A DNA stretch of 64,000 nucleotides from the NCBI GenBank assembly GCA_002269645.1, contig NIVC01001833.1, forward strand, positions 124,001 through 188,000, given 5' to 3'. Source of the stretch: Macrostomum lignano. Its lineage: Eukaryota. Below the pieces are notes generated by a model. The model was not told the origin of the DNA. It did no database searches and was given only the letters and a program-made list of their open reading frames with translations. This document shows, piece by piece, positions 1 to 9,717 of this stretch. The number at the start of each line of letters is the position of its first letter. Position 1 is the stretch's first letter. The translations under genes were made by a program, and so were the position numbers.

Positions 1-751
1 CTCAGTAGTATATACGGTACACACTTCCGTCTACTTCACTCTTTCTTAAAAAAAAGAATTAACACGGAAAACACTTCTTCAATTCTTATTTTCTCGGAAC
101 TCTTCTATTTGCTATCAATTGCTTATTGCGAACCGCGATGCGCGAGGTTGGTCTCTCCTCTGCCAAAAACGCTTCTATTTATACTAAAATTTGCTACAGT
201 TTTAAACAAAAATTCGTTAGTGCAAAATATTATAGAAAATACGAGTATTAAAACAAAATATGTTTCTTAGTTTTGGCGTAAATTCAAATTGACTAAATGG
301 TGACTATTTTATAAAGAAATCGGGAGGGGCCCTGCACACTTTGAAACAGTGAAAAATTACTTGTTATTAAGGATTTTCTACCTATCAAATTAATGGTTCC
401 AATGGTCCTAAAGTCTTATGTCTTTTATGTTATTGTATGGCAAATTAACCTGTTTCTTTCTGAGCTAGATACCATTTAGTTTCTGCAATTCATATCTTAT
501 ACTAATGCTATAAGTAATTTATTGATTATTGGAGTTTGTTGAATTTTAAGATTTGTATGAATTTTGACAATTCAGTGGAGTTATTTGTGAAAGGTAAGGT
601 AGGGCATCTTGTTTTTCTACTTGTCATCTTTAATTAAGTTTTGAGTGTCATTCTAAATACTTGAAAAACTTGCTAAATGTACTCTAAAGACAGTGTCTTC
701 TATTTAATTCACATTTTAAATTTTGTTTTTCAGTTGAAAACAATTTTCATA

Positions 752-2425
752 ATGATTGACTTTAGCAATGCTGATGCACTTAATCTGGACGCAGCTCTGG
801 ATGCAACTGTTGAAGATATTGATGATATTTTTAATAATAGGTAAGTCTGGAATCAAAATTTCTATGCTACATTTACCGGTATATTTTTAAAGCTAATCTC
901 TATAGAATTTATCTCGATTTTTTAAAAACTTTTAAGCTTATTTGACAATTCAACTTGTCACAATGGCAACTGCAATGGTGTCGCATTTCGCTGCTTTGAA
1001 GAGTCGGAACTGCACTACAGCCTGTGCCATCGACACGCCTGCGAGGCATGTCATCAGGCTTTTCCTAATCACCGACTGCTGGACTGTCATATTCAGGCCG
1101 CACATTCTGGGCCGCTGTGCAAACTGGTGGGTCCTCTTCCCACACTCTACTTCTCTGTCTACCCACACTCTACTTCTCTGTCTACCTACACTCTACTTCT
1201 CTGTCTACCTACACTCTACTTCTCTGTCTACTCACACTCTACTTCTCTGTCTACTCACACTACTTCTCTCTCTACTACACACTATTCTGCCTACCTACTC
1301 TACTTCTATGTCTACCTACACTCTACTTCTGTCTACCTTTTCTACTTCTATGTCTAACTACTCTACTTATCTGTCTACCTACACTACTCTGTCTACCTAC
1401 ACTCTACTTCTGTCTACCTTTTCTACTTCTCTGTCTACCTACACTCTACTTCTGTCTACTTACTCTACTTCTGTCTACCTACTCTACTTCTCTGTCTACT
1501 TACACTCTACTTTTCTGTCTATCTACACAACCTTTCTGTCTATCTACACAACCTTTCTGTCTATCTACACAACCTTTCTGTCTATCTACACAACCTTTCT
1601 GTCTACCTAAACTACTTCTGTGTCTACTTACACTTAACTTTTTGTCCACTCACACTTTACCTGCGTCATCTTACTATACTACTGTACCCCTGAAAATTTT
1701 AATAATTTTAAATTTTAAAATTTAATAACAAAATTGCATATCGCTGTACCTGTCAGTCAAACCAATAATTGTTCTACTTCAATTCCTAAAAACAGTTTTC
1801 CTGCGTTCTGCCAGTGTGCGACGAAAAATTTTCAAATCCATCGTTGGCTAAAGAGCACGCCATTCGTGAGCACAAATTTCCATCGAATTATCGATTCTTT
1901 CCGCCAACTAAAGAGTTGCCAAATCGACCGCTCGATGTTCGGTTAGTAAATTTTAGCTTTCTGCTTGTATTTCTACTTTAAGTAGACGATTTGCACAGAA
2001 ATATAAAAATTAAACTTTTTTTCTACTTCAAGTAGACGATTGGCATAGAAATAGAAAAATTAAACTTTTTTTCTACCTCAAGTAGACGATTGGCACAGAA
2101 ATAGAAAAATTAAATTTTTTTTTCTTCTTTCAGCAGACGACTCGCACAGAAATAGAAAAATAGACACTTCTTTCTATTTTAAGTAGACAATTCGCACAGA
2201 AATAGAAAATTAAAACTTTTATATCTACTTTAAGTAAGTCATTAGTACATAAATGAAAAATTATCCACCGCTGAAAAAACATTTAATTACCTTCGTTGCA
2301 GAAAGCGACCTACTTTGTTATTTCCCTCGAAGACATCTCGACATCAGCAGAGTACTGATACAAAATGTACTTTAACTGACACTGCTGCGACAGCTACAGG
2401 CTCTGAACCAATGGAGACTGAATGA
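752..2425 (+). CDS. ZNF511: Zinc finger protein 511-like (C2H2), 4 exons: 752-840, 937-1126, 1796-1941, 2302-2425 (182 aa)
   Basis: Not in the ORF track; assembled by hand. GT-AG introns have matching phases (2,0,2) and the 549-nt CDS is a multiple of 3. Translation includes CHNGNCNGVAFRCFEESELHYSLCHRHACEACHQAFPNHRLLDCHIQAAH...FSCVLPVCDEKFSNPSLAKEHAIREHKFPSNYRF, which follows the three-finger ZNF511 pattern (C..C...FP..HLL..HI...H; C....C..KF......H.I..H.FP..FRF) recalled from memory. Confidence 0.85.
1135..1680. repeat. CT-rich minisatellite (ACACACTCTACTTCTCTGTCTACCT-like, ~22-25 bp) in ZNF511 intron 2
   Basis: Visible tandem units; source of the low-complexity ORFs 942-1610 and 1117-1725. 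Confidence 0.9.
1972..2235. repeat. ~47-bp tandem repeat (AAGTAGACGATTGGCACAGAAATAGAAAAATTAAACTTTTTTTCTACTTC-like) in ZNF511 intron 3
   Basis: About 5-6 imperfect copies; each unit has an internal inverted repeat AAGTAGA/TCTACTT. Confidence 0.85.
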
Positions 2426-2684
2426 TTCACGGGCTTCTAAGCGCTAATATCAAACACTGCATTCATGTTTGCGACGTCGAAGTTCTATTAAGAACGATTA
2501 TGAATCTGTATTTTGTTTGCTTTTTCTCTTATTAAATGATCTAATCTTTTTGATAATATTGATTAATTTTTACTGGATTGAAAATTCAGCCGCTTGCTTT
2601 TGTATTTTTTCAAAGTTCGAAAGTATTAGGCAAGCTTTTATGGCTTTTTGTCATTCATTAGGTTATTTAATAGTTCTTTCCTTG

Positions 2685-3480
2685 GGTCATACAGTAGCTC
2701 AAAGAGTAGATCATGCACTGGGTCATACAGCAGGTTATACAGTAGCTCAAAGTAGATCATGCAGTGGGTCATACAGCTGCTCATATAGGGTCATACAGTA
2801 GCTCATACAGCAGGTCATACAGTAGTTCATACAGTAGCTCATATAGGGTCATACAGCAGCTCTTATAGGGTCATTCAGCTCATACAGTAGCTCATACAGT
2901 AGTTCATACAGTAGCTCATATAGGGTCATACAGCAGGTCATACAGTAGCTCATACAGCAGGTCATACAGTAGCTCATATAGGGTCATACAGTAGCTCATA
3001 CAGCAACTCATATAGGGTCATACAGTAGCTCATACAGCAACTCTTATAGGGTCATACAGTAGCTCATACAGCAACTCTTATAGGGTCATTCAGCTCATAC
3101 AGTAGCTCATACAATAGTTCATACAGTAGCTCATATAGGGTCATACAGCAGGTCATACAGTAGCTCATACAGCAGGTCATACAGTAGCTCATATAGGGTC
3201 ATACAGTAGCTCATACAGCAACTCATATAGGGTCATACAGTAGCTCATACAGCAACTCATATATGGTCATACAGTAGCTCATACAGCAACTCATATAGGG
3301 TCATACAGCAGGTCATACAGTAGCTCATACAGCAGGTCATACAGTGGCTCATATAGGGTCATACAGTAGCTCATACAGCAACTCATATAGGGTCATACAG
3401 TAGCTCATACAGCAACTCATATATGGTCATACAGTAGCTCATACAGCAACTCATATAGGGTCATACAGCAGGTCATACAG
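2685..3480. repeat. Compound minisatellite of TCATACAGTAGC (12 bp) and TCATATAGGG (10 bp) units
   Basis: Directly visible tandem array between ZNF511 and the orphan ORF. Confidence 0.9.
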
Positions 3481-3608
3481 TTCCAAAGCAGGCACAAGCT
3501 CGCACGGGTATGCACAACACTTGCTTACTTTAAAAATGACAAATTCTAGGGTCTAAATTCGCTAATGTTGGCATTTCTGCGGTGCAAACAGGCCAAACAC
3601 TAGTCAGC

Positions 3609-4072
3609 ATGTCAGAAGACTCCGACTCTCCTAGACCAAAACGCCGCTGCCTGAAATGCGGCATTGAGAATTGCGAGGCCCAGATAGAAATTGCAATTCT
3701 GATAATAATTTATGCTCTACTCATGCTACTGATGAGTATAATAAACGATTATTACGCGCTAAAATGCAAACAATGGAAAATTTAGAAAAGATTCGATCAA
3801 TAACTGGGGATTTTGAGACTCAGCGACAGTCTCTACTAGCTGAGCAGCAGTCGCTGCAGCAACAGGTTGAGTCTACTGGAGCAGCTTTCGACTCTGCAAT
3901 TGCAACAATTGTCCAGTTCCGTGCTCAATTTCGTCAGGCTGCAGGTTCGATGACGCCCGAGAATAGGGCGGCGGCTGTTGAGCAGTTGCGACAATTGCAA
4001 GCTAATATTGATGCTCACATGGGTAATGTAATGCGCGAAGCTGGATTATCTGATGATGGAGCTAATGCTTAA
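3609..4072 (+). CDS. Orphan Cys-rich + coiled-coil protein, apparently split by a 1-nt frameshift near 3670-3680
   Basis: ATG 3609 follows an acceptor-like TGCAAACAG (3590) and gives MSEDSDSPRPKRRCLKCGIENC. The overlapping frame (3671-4072) gives GPDRNCNSDNNLCSTH followed by a Q/A/E-rich helical region. No family recognised. Confidence 0.45.
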
Positions 4073-4114
4073 CTTTATATGTCCCTAGCGACTCTTGTGA
4101 CTTTAATGACTCAA

Positions 4115-4350
4115 TAGTAATAGTACAATCTGAAGGCTGCGTACGACTGTTCAGTCCAAGGACGGGGGGTCGCCACACACAGCCTCAATTACCCCAGCTA
4201 ATGCTGGCACCCATTTTACAGCTGAGTGAACTGAAGCAATGCAGAGTTGAATAATTTCTTAATCAAGGACACAAATTGTTCCGAGTGGGATCGGGAATCG
4301 AACCCCCGACCTTCAAGTCGCGAGTCCAACGCTCTGACCACTGGGCTACG
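4115..4350 (-). mobile_element. tRNA-derived SINE, copy 1
   Basis: The reverse strand has A-box TAGCCCAGTGG and B-box GGTTCGATTCC, then a body with GTGTCCTTGA...CTTCAGTTCACTCAGCTGTAAAATGGG (CORE/MIR-like motif). About 200 bp are clearly homologous to 36617-36818. Confidence 0.85.
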
Positions 4351-5389
4351 ACTCAGATGACTATTGAGTCACGAGCGCATCACGTGAGTTGCAGTTGCGG
4401 AATCATAAAAAATCGTCCAAAAGTCGTTGTGTTAGCGCTTAACTTTCTACTGACTAAAGTAGACTAAGTAGAGTTGTTAGAATATCGATGTGAAATGCGA
4501 TTCTAATTCATAAAGTCACCCGGCAGCTCAGTGATTCTACAGCAACTCTGGCGCCGCTTTAGATACTGGGAGTCGTTTAGGGTCGCATAGGGTCGATTCT
4601 TTCCTATTTCTAGGCCTTAGGTACCGTTTTCATTGGGCAGCGTCAAACGTTTGTTAATTAGATGACGAGGCGATTGTTTACTATATTACATAGATAGTTA
4701 CTCATGCCGTTTACCCTACGCTGTCGCTATACGCTACAACTTAGCAAAGTTAGATACCAAAACGTTTTTTACTTTGCTCAATTCAAGCACTACTGTTAGT
4801 AGTACGAGAGACGAAACACGTTAAAATTATTGATTATAAAAATTATAAAATATTATTTCACAGGCTTAGTTAATGTAGCTAATTCACATTTTAAAATAAA
4901 ATCAAGCTTTAAAAAGTAATTATAAAACAGTCTGTATTCCATTCCATGCATCTTTGACGTTACAATACAACTGTTTGTGTTGTTATTATTTGTTATTGAA
5001 AGTACTGTTTTTATATAGCATGCATTATGTGTGCATACACCAGATTGTTTTGTATTGTTTTGCATCTTTCATTTTTTTTAATTTTATTTAACTGTGAAAT
5101 GAAGCTCATTTCAATCATATAGTTATGAACTTAATTTACTTTTAATTTAATAATATACAAAGCGTTATTGCTTGATGTCAGATGCACTTTATATCTATTA
5201 ATCATAGGTAATATTTGTTTTAGAATTCAAAAGTAAGGAACCAATTTTTTTATGGATTTTTTAAAAAATATATCAGCTTTTGTTTGTTTTAGCTCGTGTT
5301 TTATTCACCTGTATTTTTGTTGTATTACATTTTAAGAAAATCAATAATTCCTAAAGTAATTCCCAAACTCTAAGATTCAATCGTAATTC

Positions 5390-5805
5390 TTCTTTGATCC
5401 ATGATTCCCCAGTAATCCATAGTTTCCCAATAATCCATAATTCCCCAATAATCCATAGTTCCCTAGTAATCCATAATTCCCCAATAATCGAAAGTTCCCT
5501 AGTAATCTATAATTCCCTAGTAATCCATAATTCCCTAGTAATCCATAATTCCCTAGTAATCCATAATTCCCTAGTAATCCATAATTCCCTAGTAATCCAT
5601 AATTCCCTAGTAATCCATAATTCCCTAGTAATCCATAATTCCCTAGTAATCCATAATTCCCCAATAATCCATAATTCCCCAGTAATCCATAATTCCCCAA
5701 TACCCCATAATTCTCCAATAATCCATAATTCCCCAATACCCCATAATTCCCCAATGATCCATAATTCCCCAATAATCCATAATTCCCTAATCATCCATAA
5801 TCCCA
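5390..5805. repeat. 18-bp minisatellite (CCCTAGTAATCCATAATT)
   Basis: Tandem array upstream of UBXN11; explains ORFs 5377-5772, 5394-5861 and 5507-5806. Confidence 0.92.
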
Positions 5806-5958
5806 ACGAGATCTGTAGTTCTTCTGATTTAAAGTTCCCTTCTATAGATTCGTCACCCTAAAAATATTTTGCTTAAAAACCCTCGAGGTCATCTGTGACA
5901 TCCCATCTGGTGCATTAGCAGCCTACCGTAACCCAATATTTGCAGACTGCCAACAACC

Positions 5959-8189
5959 ATGAGCGGCCCAATGTCTTCGCTCAACAAATCGCGTCGAATG
6001 CCGTTTAAACCGCCATCGAATCCGAATTTTGGCGGCGCTAACAATAACATCAATACTACTCATAGCAACAGTAGTAGAAGTAGTAGTAGGCAGTCCAGCG
6101 ATTTGACAACTGAAACAGGCGGTGGCGATTCTAAGAGGTCTTCGCCTCGGCTGCCCCCAATGTCTTCTTTATCCACTATTGACGACAAGAGTCTGGGCTC
6201 GCCGACATCTGCAAATACTGCGGAAGACGATTCAGAGTTGCTTAAATTAGCCAACGAAGTTCTTGACGACGAAGTCAGTCGTAGAATGCGACGCGATAGG
6301 CAGAAGCGCGAAACTGCGACAGTGAAATCTGCTGATAGACCGCCGAGTGCCCGGGGGAACAGCGACGCAGACCTGCTGACCACTGCCGTCAGCCGGGTGG
6401 GAGCTCTTGAACGGCTGTGCAAGGAGCAGCGGGAGGAGCTGAGCCGGCGGCAGCGAAGGATCGACGTGCTAGAGGATAAGGTCTGTCTTGGTTTTCAGCT
6501 GCCCTCCCAGATCCTCAGTTGCTGGGCCAGTGTCCCAGATCCTCAGTTGCTGGGCCAGCCTCCGAGATCTTCAGTTGCTGGGCCAGCCTCCCAGATCCTC
6601 AGTTGCTGGGCCAGCCTCCCAAATCCTCAGTTGCTGGGCCAGTGTCCCAGATCCTCAGTTGCTGGGCCAGCCTCCCAAATCCTCAGTTTCTGGGCCATCC
6701 TCCCAAATCCTCAGTTGCTGGGCCATCCTCCCAGATCCTCAGTTTCTGGGCCAGTCTCCCAGATTCTCAGTTGCTGGGCCATCCTCCCAGATCCTCAGTT
6801 TCTGGGCCAGCCTCCCAGATCCTCAGTTGCTGGGCCAGCCTCCCAGATCCTCAGTTTCTGGGCCAGCCTCCCAGATCTTCAGTTGCTGGGCCAGCCTCCC
6901 AGATCCTCAGTTGCTGGGCCAGCCTCCCAGATCCTCAGTTTCTGGGCCAGTCTCCCAGATCCCAGACAGCTGCATGTTTACATAAATCAATAGCAGCATT
7001 CGCCAGTCACCCAGGTTATAGTCAGTAACACCAATTGTGTTGTGCACAATTCACTCAGGTTCGCCTTCTGACCACAGCCGCTGGCGCAGCCAAAGGCAGC
7101 TCCAGAGAAGTGGACTCTCTGCGATCGCGCTGCCGGGAACTGCAAAAGCAAGTTCACGAGATGGAGAATTTCTTAGCCGATTACGGATTAATCTGGGTTG
7201 GAGAAGATGACGCAGATGAGGCTGGCAGCAATGAAAGTGATGAGGCTGCCAACTGGAACTGGGATCCCAGCAGTTTCTGGCGTCCCAAAGATTCCACATC
7301 AACCGATGCAGCTGACAGCATTGAGACTACTCCAAACTTTTTCAATCGTCTATTAGAATGCATCGGGGAATTGAATCGTCTGGTTGGCGAGGACGAACTG
7401 CAAGTGACCAAAACTGGCACTGGAGCTAAACTAGCCAGACAAAAGTTGGAGTCTGCTATACCTTTATCAGTGTACGCCAATGGTCTGGCTCTGTGGGACG
7501 GTCCGTTTCGATTGTACACCGAGCCGTCCACTAGGCAGCTGGTTGCGGACATTCTTGACGGTTATTTTCCAACAGAATTGCAGAGTCGCTATCCGGATGG
7601 CGTAGCATTTGTGGTTAACGATAGGAGAGAGGTGCAGTTTGACTCTACTAGCAGTAATAGTACACTTGGATTCGCTGGTCAAGGCCGAGTGCTGGGCGGT
7701 GGCAGCAGAGATGATCAACAACAGCAGCAGAGGCGTCAGCAGTTCTTAGGCCGTCTGCCAGCCTCGGTTGTAGCAAAATCTGGTCAGCTGGTCGATGTCC
7801 GGCAGTCAGTAGCTGATACATTAAGCGCCGGTCATGAGCAGCAACTACCAGCTCGTCAGCTGTCAAACGTGTTGATTGACGCTTCAGGCGACACCCCAGC
7901 CGATCGGGTTGCATCTGTAAAGATTCGATGCAATGTCAGACAGGCCAATGCTGGTACATATTTAATCAGATTGCCGTTTAATTCGAAAGTGTCTCAGCTA
8001 TTTAGCTTGTTGAGAGATCGGGGTGCAATGTCCAATTTAAACATTGCCAATGGCGAACAAGTTGCTCTGGTGAATGCTTATCCAAGATCTACGCTAAGTG
8101 AGGATGGCGAATCAACGGCTACTGTGGAAGAGTGCGGACTGGCACCTAATGCTACTCTGATGCTAGTTGTGCAGAAGATTAATAAGTAG
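5959..8189 (+). CDS. UBXN11: UBX domain-containing protein 11 (coiled coil + SEP + UBX), exons 5959-6480 and 7059-8189 (550 aa)
   Basis: Phase-0 GT-AG intron 6481-7058 joins LEDK|VRLL. Diagnostic QVHEMENFLADYGLIWVGE, SEP-like IPLSVYANGLALWDGPFR...DILDGYFPTELQSRYPDGV, and a C-terminal UBX ending AYPR...CGLAPNATLML. Confidence 0.92.
6500..6965. repeat. 28-bp minisatellite (CCCAGATCCTCAGTTGCTGGGCCAGCCT) in the UBXN11 intron
   Basis: Tandem units with an internal CCCAG/CTGGG inverted repeat; read-through ORFs show a 28-aa period. Confidence 0.92.
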
Positions 8190-8967
8190 TCTTGCTTGAC
8201 GATTGATTGTAGTGTCATTTTTTATGATGTCGTGTTGTGAGGTGCGCCTATGATGCCTTATTTCAGGTGTATGTGTGTTTCTGTGATGCCATGTATCAAA
8301 TGATTAGTGCCTACCATCATGCAGGTATTCTGTTACTGGTGTCATGTGCTGAATGTCTGTTATGTTATTTTATGTCATGTATTGTATGCCTTATGTCATA
8401 CCATACATTGTATGTTTGTTATGTTATGTGTTGTATAATGTCATGTATAAGGCGTATATGACATTATTTTTTTGATATCCGTTATTTGATTTTATTTTTT
8501 ATGTATATTTGCCGACATCTGACGCATGTTTAAATCACAGTATGTCCTGGTTTTAAATGTCATGTATACATGTGTCTATAGTATTTAACGTACGATATGA
8601 ATATCTATCTAATAAAGAATCTCAAAAATGTAATAAATTGCAAATTATATAAGCATGCTACTCGTTAGTTCCACCTGAGGTTTTTTCAAAGTTTTTTGAG
8701 ATTTTAATTAGATTCTGATAATAATTATTACTGTATTTGCAATTAACATTAATTGCTGTGATACTATATTTGACTTTCCAACAACTGTAGTGTCTATTAC
8801 AGTAATGCTTACTGTGTAATACCATCAGTAGTCCGTCCAAAATTATTTTAAAATTTCTCTTTTTATGAAAAATTTTTCTTTGCAATTATTGTAAAATTTG
8901 CCTCAGAAAATACATCTGCAATGTTTCTTTTGTTGCTGATTAATTTCATTTTGTATGTTTTAAAATC

Positions 8968-9636
8968 TGTTATTTCCCATATATTGAGCAGTGTGTGTGT
9001 CATTTCCCATATATTGAGCAGTGTGTGTGTCATTTCCCATATATTGAGCAGTGTGTGTGTCATTTCCCATATATTGAGCAGTGTGTGTCATTTCCCATAT
9101 ATTGAGCAGTGTGTGTGTCATTTCCCATATATTGAGCAGTGTGTGTGTCATTTCCCATATATTGAGCAGTGTGTGTGTCATTTCCCATATATTGAGCAGT
9201 GTGTGTGTCATTTCCCATATATTGAGCAGTGTGTGTGTGTCATTTCCCATATATTGAGCAGTGTGTGTGTCATTTCCCATATATTGAGCAGTGTGTGTGC
9301 CATTTCCCATATATTGAGCAGTGTGTGTGTCATTTCCCATATATTGAGCAGTGTGTGTGTGTCATTTCCCATATATTGAGCAGTGTGTGTGTCATTTCCC
9401 ATATATTGAGCAGTGTGTGTGTCATTTCCCATATATTGAGCAGTGTGTGTGTCATTTCCCATATATTGAGCAGTGTGTGTGTCATTTCCCATATATTGAG
9501 CAGTGTGTGTGTCATTTCCCATATATTGAGCAGTGTGTGTGTCATTTCCCATATATTGAGCAGTGTGTGTGTCATTTCCCATATATTGAGCAGTGTGTGT
9601 GACATTTCCCATATATTGAGCAGTGTGTGTGTCATT
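8968..9636. repeat. ~30-32-bp minisatellite GTCATTTCCCATATATTGAGCA(GT)n
   Basis: Tandem array with a variable GT tract between UBXN11 and the GNAT gene. Confidence 0.93.
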
Positions 9637-9717
9637 TAGCTTATATTTTGCAGTGCATAACTGCTACTTTAAGTATCAAATAGATGTATTTTTAACGCAA
9701 TTCATGCAACACTAAGA

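Noticed and set aside
557-593. Upstream ATG exon (MNFDNSVELFVK) with GTAAGG donor before ZNF511
   Set aside because: It ends in phase 1, whereas the 734 acceptor needs phase 0; splicing gives a short uORF, so it is at most a 5' UTR exon.
4290-4350. tRNA gene-like sequence (also 36617-36690)
   Set aside because: A/B boxes run straight into a conserved non-tRNA body shared by both copies and no acceptor stem closes; these are SINE heads.
5959-6993. 344-aa ORF as a complete protein; likewise 31344-32414, 32594-33688 and 11945-12496
   Set aside because: These are real exons read through into or out of intronic minisatellites; in-phase splice sites restore the conserved proteins.
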